From contig CAYOTC010000002.1 in the NCBI GenBank assembly GCA_964406815.1, positions 7,906 to 71,905 of the forward strand: a stretch of DNA of 64,000 bases, given 5' to 3'. Within the stretch, counting starts at the first letter, position 1; every line of letters begins with the position of its first letter. The stretch comes from an uncultured Bdellovibrionales bacterium. GTDB lineage: Bacteria > Patescibacteriota > Minisyncoccia > Moranbacterales > UBA2206. The position numbers were made by a program, and so were the translations under genes. This document shows positions 1 through 8,978 of this stretch, one piece after another. Below the pieces are notes generated by a model. That model saw only the letters and a program-made list of their open reading frames with translations. It ran no database searches and had not been told where the DNA came from.

Positions 1-1
1 A

Positions 2-532
2 ATAATAGAAAAAAAATATAGAAAAATCACTTTAGCGGTTATTTTTTTATCAATAGTAATCGTAGGCTTTCCCAGTCCTGTTTCTCAGAGATTTTTTTCT
101 ATTTTTGATTTGAAGGAAGGGTCTAATCTTGGCCGTATGGAGACATGGAAAAAAGCCATAGATATTGTAGCTTCAAATCCAATAATAGGAGTTGGGATTG
201 GCAACTATCCGCTTGAAATTAAGCCTACAGCCGATTACCGGGAGCCTATTTATGCGCATAGTGTCTATCTTGATGTTGCGGCAGAAACAGGAATTATCAA
301 TGCATTGATTTGGATGAGCGCACTTTTTTTAGTGTTTTTTTCTTATTTAAAAAAAGCAAAAAAGGATTTGATATATTTTGGGTTGGCGCTTAGTGTGTTT
401 ATTTTTTCTATTCATTCTATCGTTGAGACAGCTATATATTCTCAAACTGTTTTGGCTTTATTTTTGATGATAGCAAGTTGTGATGCGGTTTCTTGTAAGG
501 AAGATATTAATTACCGAAAAATATGTCCATAA
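2..532 (+). CDS. O-antigen ligase (Wzy_C) family membrane protein, C-terminal part; the reading frame is open to the window edge, so the gene starts upstream
   Basis: Frame is open from nt 2 through the annotated Met at 110. The 'IIGVGIGNYPLE...YAHSVYLDVAAETGI' region resembles the Wzy_C conserved core, followed by hydrophobic C-terminal TMs. Confidence 0.5.
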   Translation: MIEKKYRKITLAVIFLSIVIVGFPSPVSQRFFSIFDLKEGSNLGRMETWKKAIDIVASNPIIGVGIGNYPLEIKPTADYREPIYAHSVYLDVAAETGIINALIWMSALFLVFFSYLKKAKKDLIYFGLALSVFIFSIHSIVETAIYSQTVLALFLMIASCDAVSCKEDINYRKICP

Positions 533-1725
533 GAAAAACTTTTTTTGAGAGATTTATTTATTTGATAATATTTTTATTACCAACCTATCTTATAAAGATA
601 AGATTTTTTGAATTTTCGACAAATATTTTGGAAATAATCATCTTTATTTTTTTGTTGTTTTATTTTTCAAAAAAAGAAAGAACAAGAGAATTCTTTTATT
701 TTATAAAAAAGTATCGAAGTCTTTTTTTTGGAATTATTATTATTTTACTAGGAACAACAATATCCATAGTGATGAATGAAAAATATTTTGTCGGGATGGG
801 GATATTGAAAGGGTGGTTTTTAATTCCAATTTTATTTAGTTCAGTTTCGATTTCTTTTCTAAAAAGAGAAGGGATTAAAAAGATTTTTTTAAGCTATTAT
901 CTTTCTTCTCTAGTTGTTTCGTTAATTTCTTTAATATATTTTTTGCTAGAAGAAATAACTTTTGATGGTAGATTGGAAGGAATTTTTAATTCACCGAATT
1001 ATTTGGCAATGTATCTTGCGCCGGCTATGATTATCGGATTTATAGGTTTTTATAAAAATAAATCCAATATAGTCGAAGATGGCTGGAAAAGCGTAAACAC
1101 TGTTCATCTGATTACGATAATTATTATAATGATTTCTTTTTATTTAACCTATTCTTATGCGGCTTGGTTTTCTTTGGGATTAGCTATCTTGATATTTTTT
1201 ATTCTAAAAAATCACTTAAGTAAAAAAAACATATTTTTGATTATTTTAATTTTTGGAATCCTGCTTGTTTCTCAAGGCGATTCTTCGAAGCTTAAGAATG
1301 TGTTTATTGGAAATGGACGATCATCTCTTGATTCAAGAATTATGATTTGGCGATCAGCTGGAAAAATGATTGAAAACGACGGATTTTTCGGAATTGGACC
1401 GGGAAATTTTCAAGAAAAATACTTAGAATACCAAAAATATTATCCTCCATATCTGGAATGGGCCGTTCCTCATCCACATAATATTTTTCTCGCCTTTTGG
1501 CTTTATTCGGGAATATTGGGATTAATCGGTTTTTTTTGTATTCTTTATCTATTTTTTAAAAAAATATTTCTTAGAAAAAATAAAACTGCAATAATCTATA
1601 TGGCACTATTGATTATTATTGATGTATTGCTTCATGGATTTTTTGATACGACATATTTTAAAAACGATCTCGCAATTGTTTTTTGGATAGTAATCTTATT
1701 TGGATATTGTCATGAAAATGATTAA
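523..1725 (+). CDS. O-antigen ligase / Wzy-like polytopic membrane protein
   Basis: 400 aa with about 10 TM segments. The 'NSPNYLAMYLAPAM' and 'GIGPGNFQEKY...HPHNIFLAFWLYSGILGLIGF' regions resemble the Wzy_C family core. Confidence 0.55.
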   Translation: MSIRKTFFERFIYLIIFLLPTYLIKIRFFEFSTNILEIIIFIFLLFYFSKKERTREFFYFIKKYRSLFFGIIIILLGTTISIVMNEKYFVGMGILKGWFLIPILFSSVSISFLKREGIKKIFLSYYLSSLVVSLISLIYFLLEEITFDGRLEGIFNSPNYLAMYLAPAMIIGFIGFYKNKSNIVEDGWKSVNTVHLITIIIIMISFYLTYSYAAWFSLGLAILIFFILKNHLSKKNIFLIILIFGILLVSQGDSSKLKNVFIGNGRSSLDSRIMIWRSAGKMIENDGFFGIGPGNFQEKYLEYQKYYPPYLEWAVPHPHNIFLAFWLYSGILGLIGFFCILYLFFKKIFLRKNKTAIIYMALLIIIDVLLHGFFDTTYFKNDLAIVFWIVILFGYCHEND

Positions 1726-1733
1726 AACTAAAA

Positions 1734-1770
1734 AAAACAAACGAGCGCGAATAACGCTCGTTTGTTTTTC
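1734..1770. terminator. Bidirectional intrinsic terminator between convergent genes
   Basis: Hairpin aacaaacgagcg-cgaataa-cgctcgtttgtt followed by a T-run; it sits between the + gene ending at 1725 and the - gene ending at 1786. Confidence 0.5.
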
Positions 1771-1785
1771 CCAAATAAATCTTTT

Positions 1786-2946
1786 TTATAATGTTATTCT
1801 ATAGAGCTTGTCATCATAGCGGTTGATAAAAAATAGGATTCCTTCGTCTGGGCTTAAAAACAGCTCTTTGGCATCATATTTGTCTTTTATTTTATCAAGA
1901 TCTATTATTCTTTCTTTTTCTCCCGAAGAAAGATTTATTTTCCAAAAAGTATCAATAGAATTAAATTTTCCCTCATTATAGTCATTGGGCATTATTGATG
2001 AATCAGGAATTGATCCGGGAAGAGCGTAATAAACGGTTTCACTGTCTTTTGACCAAACACATTTAGATATTATCGTAGGAATATTTAAAGCTTTTATTTC
2101 CCCTCCATTTTCATTTAGAATAAAAAGCTGTATTTTATTGCTTGCTTCTTCATTAAGGCGACTCATTAATATTTTTGTTCCATTGTTATTCCACAAATAA
2201 TCTGCTCCATAGCCATTATTAAAAATAATCTTTTCTTCGCTTCCAATTATAGAAATTTTTTTCAAGATTGTTTCAGAATAAGCATCAGGTTTATTCCAAA
2301 AAGAAACCGAACCTGTTTGAGGAATTTGAGCAATAGAGATATTTCTAAAAGATATATCCGTTAATTTTTTCCAGTTTTTCCCGTCGGGATCGGCTATATT
2401 AAGAGTTCTTTGTTTTGTAGATGGTTCAAAATGTTTATAAAATATCTTATTGTTGTTTTTATGCCAAACTATCTCGTCTATATTATCTTTTAATTGAACT
2501 CCTTTATTTTCAATATAATCATAATAATAAAAACGAGGAATCATTTTTAGATTAACAAATTTAGATATAACCTTACTTTTATCGCTTGACCAAAAAACAT
2601 TGTTTAAACCGATAAGTTCTTTTTCGGAAATAGCTCTTTTTCCGTTTCCTTCAAAGTCTATTTGAAATGCTTTGCCATTATTTTTTGAATAGTATTTTAT
2701 TGTATTTCCATTTTCTGAAATTATCGGAGAAATAACAGCTTCGTCTGAAATAAGAGATATTTCTGAAGAAGATGATTTTTTAATAATACCCGCTTCTTCA
2801 GAATTATTTTCTTCCTCAAGGGTATTTTCTGAAATTTCTTCTTTTGAAGCGTCGGATTTGAAGGAAATGTTATAAACTCCCCAAAAAAGAAGGGACAAGC
2901 AAAAAACCAATAAGGAGAGAAAAAACATTTTTTTTATCCAAGCCAT
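1786..2946 (-). CDS. Secreted beta-propeller (TolB/PD40-like) repeat protein, hypothetical
   Basis: N-terminal signal/TM (MAWIKKMFFLSLLVFCLSLLFWG), an acidic linker, then a repetitive beta-rich region typical of WD40-like periplasmic propellers. Confidence 0.35.
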   Translation of the reverse strand: MAWIKKMFFLSLLVFCLSLLFWGVYNISFKSDASKEEISENTLEEENNSEEAGIIKKSSSSEISLISDEAVISPIISENGNTIKYYSKNNGKAFQIDFEGNGKRAISEKELIGLNNVFWSSDKSKVISKFVNLKMIPRFYYYDYIENKGVQLKDNIDEIVWHKNNNKIFYKHFEPSTKQRTLNIADPDGKNWKKLTDISFRNISIAQIPQTGSVSFWNKPDAYSETILKKISIIGSEEKIIFNNGYGADYLWNNNGTKILMSRLNEEASNKIQLFILNENGGEIKALNIPTIISKCVWSKDSETVYYALPGSIPDSSIMPNDYNEGKFNSIDTFWKINLSSGEKERIIDLDKIKDKYDAKELFLSPDEGILFFINRYDDKLYRITL

Positions 2947-2990
2947 AAAATAAAATTTAAAATAAAAACGAGACTTTTATTTTTACTTTC

Positions 2991-3722
2991 CTAAGGTCGA
3001 AAAAGCTCATTGGCTCCTTTTTTCAAACAGTCAATGGAGGTTGATATGAATATATTTCTTCCAATAATAGAGTAATTGATGGAACTTTTTTGATCATTGG
3101 GAAGTTTAATTTCGGTGTATCTGGCCAAACCATCTTTAAAAATCAAATTCTGGCTTAATTCTGACGGAGAAAAAACAATCTTTGGAAAAATAATATTATG
3201 TAAATCTTTGAGTATGGTATTCTCCCATTTTTTCATATCGATTGAAATGGAATATTCTGGGGATGAACTTTGAGCATCGTTTTCATCAATTGTTTGGGTG
3301 TTTAGTTTTATGCCAAAATCAATCGACTTTTCCGGATAGTAGCAAGAAAAAAACTGGTAGTCGTCGGGAATAATTTTTTCTGATAATTCTTGTCCCATAC
3401 TAAATTCGAGTGCCGGCATGGTTGTGTTTAAGGAAATAGAGCTTTTATTCGGATCAATTATTTCTGTGTGTAAAAAACCTTCAAAAGTTTTTTTTGCTCG
3501 GGAATTTGTGACAAATGTTTCGAATTGTTTTTTTATCTCTACATCAGAAAGCGGGGGTTGTTTATTTTCAGAAATAGGTAACCCTTGAGATGTCCCCAGG
3601 TCTTCTTTTGAAATTTCTTCTTGTTGTGTGTTTCTGTTTTGAAAACTGTTAAAAATGGAAAGAGCTGTTGCAGAAACAACCAAAATAATAACTAAAAGTA
3701 TGAATATTTTCTTTTTTGACAT
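2991..3722 (-). CDS. Hypothetical secreted/membrane-anchored protein
   Basis: N-terminal TM (IFILLVIILVVSATAL). No recognisable catalytic motif. Confidence 0.4.
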   Translation of the reverse strand: MSKKKIFILLVIILVVSATALSIFNSFQNRNTQQEEISKEDLGTSQGLPISENKQPPLSDVEIKKQFETFVTNSRAKKTFEGFLHTEIIDPNKSSISLNTTMPALEFSMGQELSEKIIPDDYQFFSCYYPEKSIDFGIKLNTQTIDENDAQSSSPEYSISIDMKKWENTILKDLHNIIFPKIVFSPSELSQNLIFKDGLARYTEIKLPNDQKSSINYSIIGRNIFISTSIDCLKKGANELFRP

Positions 3723-3731
3723 AATAATAAC

Positions 3732-4655
3732 TTATTTACATCCGCACTTGGCATTGTTAACACTGGCGTGTATGTGTTTTGTGTGTCCTATCGAGAGGTC
3801 TGTTTTTCCAGAAACCCATTCTTTATTATTAAAATAAACAGTATCAAAACCGCATTCAACAGCTGCTTTGGCAACAGGCTCATTGTTTGCTGAGTCAATA
3901 TCTGCCGCTTGAGATGTTCCTTTGCAGTTTTGTCCTCCAAAGTGGCAGGAATTTTTAGCATGAATGCAATAGCCACTTCCCACATAACTATTAACACATT
4001 TTTCACACCAATCGGGTTTGCTTACTGTAATGCTGGTTATTTTTGCTCCGACATTTTTTCCTTTTAAACATGCAAGTTTATGAACTAATTCAGGAGAAGT
4101 GAAATTGCAAACATCAGGAGATGTTTCGCTAACAACTACTTCAAGTTCGCCACAGCCATTATTTGTTGGAGCACAAGTGAAAGATGATGGTGTGGTTGAG
4201 GAAGATGCTCCAGCAGTTGAATTAGGGGCGGTACTGCCTTTTGTTGAGGTTGTTTTATCACAAGTAAAAATATTCCATTTGACAACCCCGATTCCGAGGT
4301 CGGTTTTTACTGCTAAGAGCCAAATAGTCACACTTACCATCAACCAAGCGGATTGAATGACCAAAAACCCTATAAGAGAGGCGGTAATAAATTTCTTAGC
4401 TTGTTCCTTGAGACTGGTTCCGGCAGAAATAACATACATCGCTCCGGCAATGGTTATTCCGGCAATGGCAAATAAAGTCGCAATGTTTCTTACCCACAAA
4501 ATAAAGCCGTTTATTCCGATTATGAAATGGCAAAGGGTACAAATATCTTCTCCCGGTCCTCCGCAAGGAACTAATCCGTCTGCAAAAGCGGAAAGAGGAG
4601 CGAGTAATGCTAAAAGGGAAAATAGTACAAAAAATTTTTTACTAAAAAATGACAT
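3732..4655 (-). CDS. T4SS pilin-like protein (VirB2/TrbC-like, CPR 'T4SS_pilin' type) fused to a ~170-aa Cys-rich C-terminal domain
   Basis: Signal peptide, then a 'LVPCGGPGEDICTLCH' Cys motif and two TM helices with 'AGITIAGAMYVISAGTSLKEQAKKFI'. The C-terminal half contains more than 14 Cys. Confidence 0.5.
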   Translation of the reverse strand: MSFFSKKFFVLFSLLALLAPLSAFADGLVPCGGPGEDICTLCHFIIGINGFILWVRNIATLFAIAGITIAGAMYVISAGTSLKEQAKKFITASLIGFLVIQSAWLMVSVTIWLLAVKTDLGIGVVKWNIFTCDKTTSTKGSTAPNSTAGASSSTTPSSFTCAPTNNGCGELEVVVSETSPDVCNFTSPELVHKLACLKGKNVGAKITSITVSKPDWCEKCVNSYVGSGYCIHAKNSCHFGGQNCKGTSQAADIDSANNEPVAKAAVECGFDTVYFNNKEWVSGKTDLSIGHTKHIHASVNNAKCGCK

Positions 4656-4679
4656 TTTTTATTTTTTTTCGAGTTTATT

Positions 4680-5303
4680 TTATTTAAAATTTTGTAAATT
4701 CATCTCAAGCAAATCTGGGTTTAGCGTTTTTAATAATAAATAAGCAATAAACGCCAGAATAAGTCCGGCAATGGCATCGGTAATGAATTTTTTGGCTTTT
4801 CCGGTACTACTTGAATTTCCGGCGCTGGTAATATACATAAATCCTCCAAGAGTAATCATAAGAAGGGCGGCGATCCCAATTGTCCAAAGGCCGAATTTAT
4901 AAATTGCATTTATATATTCAGGAAGATTCGTTGAAACACCTTCAAAACCGGGTATTTTTTCTAATAAAGTATATGTATATCCAGAGGATTTAGGGGATAT
5001 TTTTTTCCCAAAATCAGATTTTATTAAAGTATTTGCAATTTCTTCTTGACTTGCGTTCTTATTATTATCTATGAAATCATTTATTTTAGCAGTGGTTTTT
5101 TCTCCATATTCCTTTCGACAAGAATTTAAAAAAGCAGTTTTATCGGCATCTGTCTTAATTTGTTTTAAAATTCCCTTAGAAATCATTAAATTCATCATAT
5201 TTTCGCAATCATCAGCATAGACTGTTGGAACTAAAAAAAATAACAAAATAAAAACATTAAAAAGAGCGAATGTTATATTTATTTTTTTTTCATTAATCAC
5301 CAT
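4680..5303 (-). CDS. T4SS pilin-like protein (paralog)
   Basis: Signal/TM N-terminus and two C-terminal TM helices with 'LGGFMYITSAGNSSSTGKAKKFITDAIAGL', the same motif as the neighbouring pilin-like gene. Confidence 0.5.
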   Translation of the reverse strand: MVINEKKINITFALFNVFILLFFLVPTVYADDCENMMNLMISKGILKQIKTDADKTAFLNSCRKEYGEKTTAKINDFIDNNKNASQEEIANTLIKSDFGKKISPKSSGYTYTLLEKIPGFEGVSTNLPEYINAIYKFGLWTIGIAALLMITLGGFMYITSAGNSSSTGKAKKFITDAIAGLILAFIAYLLLKTLNPDLLEMNLQNFK

Positions 5304-7725
5304 ATTCTTTTGTTTTTGGAGTAAAGGAAAAAATTATTTTTATTATAAATACTATTAATCCTACCGAAATAATCGTTTTTAGGAGAAAAGCGATATAAGA
5401 AGGCAAGCCGGAAATAACCGTGGCAAATATTTTTTTTGTGGTTGGTTTTTGAGAAACATCAGATGACAAATCTCCAAAAAAGCTGTCAACCATATTTATT
5501 CTTATCGAATCGGAATATTGCTTCTCATAGAAATTATTATAGTTTACTTCATAGTATTTGTTAAGCGCTTTTTTAGTATTAACATCTTGAGTGTAGTTAG
5601 CTACTACGCTTACATCGTAAAATTCATCAGTATTTTTTCCAGGAAGAATAAGGACATTATCTTCAATTTGATAATTAGTTCCATCAACCAACTCATTATT
5701 AACATACCATAGGTAAGTGGTTTTTGCAGAGCTTCCACCGCTTGGAACGGCACGAAGCTTTATTTTGTTATTAGATAGAGCTTCAAAATTGTCCTTGTCG
5801 TAATCAGGATATTCCTTTCCGTCAAGATCTGTAAAATGACCCAAGAGTTTTCCTCGAGAAGTGTTTTGATCAGCAGATATTATTTTTATTTCCGGCTCAA
5901 CAATTGAAAAATATCTCGAAAGACTTATTTTCTCGCCATTATTCTTATTAATTGCTTCCAATGTAGCTGTGAAGTTTTTTCCAACTTCTTTTAATATTGG
6001 GAAAAATGAAAGATTCTTATAACTTTCATTATTTGTTCCGCAAATATCGGGAAATACGCATTCAATCGGTTTTCCATCTATTTTCCAGCTAAAATCGTTA
6101 AAATCGGAAGAATCGGAAATTTTTAATGCGATAAGTTCATTTTTATATACATTACAAATTGATTCTGGAAGAGCGTTTGTTTTTCCATTAGAATTTTCTT
6201 TTAGACAAATCTCTTTTTCATTTATAGTGGCATTGGAGAGATTTTCTGAAACAGAAGCAGTATATATTTTGAGATATTCGGAAGACGATATTATAGGGAG
6301 AATAGTTTCAGTAGTGCCCCTGTCGGTGCTTTTTTTTGATTTTGGATTAGTAACTGTGACCCGAGCTTTTATGTATTTATTATTCTTTATAATATCTTCC
6401 TTGAGGTTCATATTAAACTTGAAAGTGTTGATTCCAATTCCGCTTGTTTGGGATGCGTTTGGAAGCTTGCTTTTAATAAGGGCCGTTCCCCAGTCTGTTG
6501 GATTCATTGATTCGGCTAGAAAAATTTCCCATTGATAATTTAAATAGGATTGATCGGAAACATTAGAAACGGATGCAATAAAAGAAAGTTCGTCTCCAGC
6601 TTGTCCCTCCGGAGACGCATCGTTAATAGGTGAAGACGGACTACTAATCAGGCTAATATCTATTTTTGAGTTTATCCCAGTCTCTTCCGAAGGAGAGATA
6701 AAATTATACATAAGGCATTTTTTATTGAAATCGCTAACTTCTTTTGGGATAGTTTCACATTTATTTTTTAAAAGTGCCCACATTGTTTTATAGGAAGAAT
6801 CATATTCTTGGACTGTATCACTTGATATTCCTTCAACAACAACCCCTATCTCATCATCAGCTAAATATATCCAGGAAAATTCTGTAGCCCCAAGGCCAAT
6901 GATAGTAGCCTCATCAACTGTGCCGACCCCAGCCGTATCCGGATCGTCCGGATTAGATTGCCAGAAATGTTCTTTGGAAGCATCATTTTCATCAAAAAGA
7001 CCTTTTCCCATTTGGCCGCCATCTTTTCTTATATTTCCACTTGCATCCATTGAATAAGAGGAGGGAAATAAGTGGCCACAGTTAGGTAATTCTTTATCTT
7101 TGCCTGTTTTTACATCATGGTAAAAACAATATTCTTTTTTTCCGCCTTGATCAGCTCCTCCAGTAGGAGCTTTATAGGAATCTCCATCAGCAGAGAGTCC
7201 TTTACTTCTTCTTTCTTGGGAGGAATAAATCGCTCCATTTTTATCATACCCGCTGTTTACTCTTATTTGAGCCGCTTTTATTTTATAATCTTCTATATCA
7301 ACTATTTCGTCTTCATTAAGGTCGCAAATTTTTTTTATTCTATCTCTTGTTTCTTTACTGGCTTCTTTATAGGCGCTTTCTTTTTCGTATTTTTTGCATT
7401 CCGCATTACGCAGATACCAAGTAAAGTATAGATTTTTAAAATCATTCATAAAATACATCGGCATAGCTGTAGCAGTTATTTTTTCTCCCGGAATAGGATT
7501 TTTCGGACTAAAAACTAGGGAAACTTGGGGTGGATTTTTTTTGAAATTGGAAACATTAAATGTTTGTGCGGTATCTTTTACTGAATCTTTTTCTATACCT
7601 AAATCTTCAAAAATATCATTCATGGCTTCTCTTGGGTCTATCAAGCTACTACCAAGAGCAAAAACACCAGAAATGTTAGAGGTAAAAAAGTATACAAGGA
7701 AAACTGAAAGAATTATTTTTTTCAT
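5293..7725 (-). CDS. Large (810 aa) secreted surface protein with C-terminal TM anchor, hypothetical
   Basis: N-terminal signal (MKKIILSVFLVYFFTSNISGVFA) and C-terminal hydrophobic anchor (ISVGLIVFIIKIIF). Beta-rich, Ser/Asn-rich. Confidence 0.45.
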   Translation of the reverse strand: MKKIILSVFLVYFFTSNISGVFALGSSLIDPREAMNDIFEDLGIEKDSVKDTAQTFNVSNFKKNPPQVSLVFSPKNPIPGEKITATAMPMYFMNDFKNLYFTWYLRNAECKKYEKESAYKEASKETRDRIKKICDLNEDEIVDIEDYKIKAAQIRVNSGYDKNGAIYSSQERRSKGLSADGDSYKAPTGGADQGGKKEYCFYHDVKTGKDKELPNCGHLFPSSYSMDASGNIRKDGGQMGKGLFDENDASKEHFWQSNPDDPDTAGVGTVDEATIIGLGATEFSWIYLADDEIGVVVEGISSDTVQEYDSSYKTMWALLKNKCETIPKEVSDFNKKCLMYNFISPSEETGINSKIDISLISSPSSPINDASPEGQAGDELSFIASVSNVSDQSYLNYQWEIFLAESMNPTDWGTALIKSKLPNASQTSGIGINTFKFNMNLKEDIIKNNKYIKARVTVTNPKSKKSTDRGTTETILPIISSSEYLKIYTASVSENLSNATINEKEICLKENSNGKTNALPESICNVYKNELIALKISDSSDFNDFSWKIDGKPIECVFPDICGTNNESYKNLSFFPILKEVGKNFTATLEAINKNNGEKISLSRYFSIVEPEIKIISADQNTSRGKLLGHFTDLDGKEYPDYDKDNFEALSNNKIKLRAVPSGGSSAKTTYLWYVNNELVDGTNYQIEDNVLILPGKNTDEFYDVSVVANYTQDVNTKKALNKYYEVNYNNFYEKQYSDSIRINMVDSFFGDLSSDVSQKPTTKKIFATVISGLPSYIAFLLKTIISVGLIVFIIKIIFSFTPKTKEYGD

Positions 7726-7742
7726 CTTCTTAAGGTTAAAAT

Positions 7743-8402
7743 TTATCTTAAATTAGCAATCAAATAAGCATCTAATATTATTATAGATAAAAATCCAGAA
7801 ATATACGAATATAAAATTGATTTGCTCAAATAGCTTGTTAATCCTCCAGTGGTGGCCAGGATTAGAAATGGAAGCATTTGCCAAGAAAATGATTTTGTTA
7901 ATAATAAAAATAAGGCAAAAACGATAAATTGTATCAAAATTGCAAAAGATCCAATTGATTTCTTGAGAGAAAAAAGCATAAATCCCCGGAAAAAATATTC
8001 ATTAAAGATAAGATATAAATTCACAAAAACAATTTCATAAAGAACAAACGTCCAGAATTTTGAAACAACAATTTCCGGTAGTATATAGTTTTTAGAAAAA
8101 TTAGAATATTTGAAGAGAAATAAAAAAATAATCAGATTTAAAATTAAGGCACTGATTGATAGGATTACTCCTGTTTTTTTGTTTCCTAAGCCGATGCCGT
8201 ATTCAGTAAGTTTCTCTTTGGTTATGAATTTTATAAAAAGTAGAGGCAATAATATGAGAAAAAACAATCCCTTTGTTAGGGCTTGAATTGATCCTGAAGA
8301 GGGGAAAAAAATAAACAATGCCAAAGAAAAAATAATCACAACTAAAGAAGCAATTTGTTTATTTTTTTCTTTATAAAAATTGAAATCTAATCCCGGATTC
8401 AT
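7743..8402 (-). CDS. Polytopic membrane protein, CPBP/Abi-like (possibly non-catalytic)
   Basis: 6-7 TMs. 'FNEYFFRGFM' resembles CPBP motif 1 (EExxxR/FRG), but the protein contains no His at all, so catalytic motifs 2 and 3 are absent. Confidence 0.3.
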   Translation of the reverse strand: MNPGLDFNFYKEKNKQIASLVVIIFSLALFIFFPSSGSIQALTKGLFFLILLPLLFIKFITKEKLTEYGIGLGNKKTGVILSISALILNLIIFLFLFKYSNFSKNYILPEIVVSKFWTFVLYEIVFVNLYLIFNEYFFRGFMLFSLKKSIGSFAILIQFIVFALFLLLTKSFSWQMLPFLILATTGGLTSYLSKSILYSYISGFLSIIILDAYLIANLR

Positions 8403-8422
8403 ATTTTTTATTACTAAATAAA

Positions 8423-8932
8423 CTATCGATCATTATCCTGCCTTTCTTTAAGGGTAAGAATGAATGTTATGATTACAGTTATTGTTTGAATGGGTAGAAA
8501 ATTTATACCTAAAACTAATTCCATAGCAGTTCCTCCAGCCAGTGTTCCGTATTTTTTGACCAAGGAATTGGCGTTATTTTTTTTGGATGAGGCGCCGGCT
8601 AAAAGGAGGGTAAAAAAGATTAAAACTGAAGCCATAAAAGTTATCAACCATCCGATTCCAAAAAAAATAATTCCAAAATAATCAAAAATATCTTTCAGGG
8701 CTGCCATAGCAAGCGCGATTCCGAACATCCAATCAGTAAAAGGATTGAGATAAGCTGCAAGACTTATTGCTTCTTTTATTCCTTGTTTTTTTTCTTTTAA
8801 AACAGAACTAATTGCGCTTTTTTCATTTTTCTTTTTTTCTTCCTCTGAATTTTTAACAGGCATATTTTTGTCTGTATTGTCTCCATTTCTAATTTCCTCA
8901 AGTCTTTTTTTGTGTTCTATTTCCTGTTCCAT
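8423..8932 (-). CDS. Small membrane protein with charged N-terminus, hypothetical (T4SS-locus associated)
   Basis: A Lys/Glu-rich N-terminal 60 aa, then 3-4 TMs. Confidence 0.4.
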   Translation of the reverse strand: MEQEIEHKKRLEEIRNGDNTDKNMPVKNSEEEKKKNEKSAISSVLKEKKQGIKEAISLAAYLNPFTDWMFGIALAMAALKDIFDYFGIIFFGIGWLITFMASVLIFFTLLLAGASSKKNNANSLVKKYGTLAGGTAMELVLGINFLPIQTITVIITFILTLKERQDNDR

Positions 8933-8978
8933 AAGGTCAAATCTTAGTTAATTCATTTTCCGATATATCAAAAAAAAA

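Noticed and set aside
110-532. Track start of the first ORF at Met-110
   Set aside because: The frame is open back to nt 2 with Wzy-like membrane sequence, so the gene almost certainly starts upstream of the window. It is reported as a partial CDS instead.
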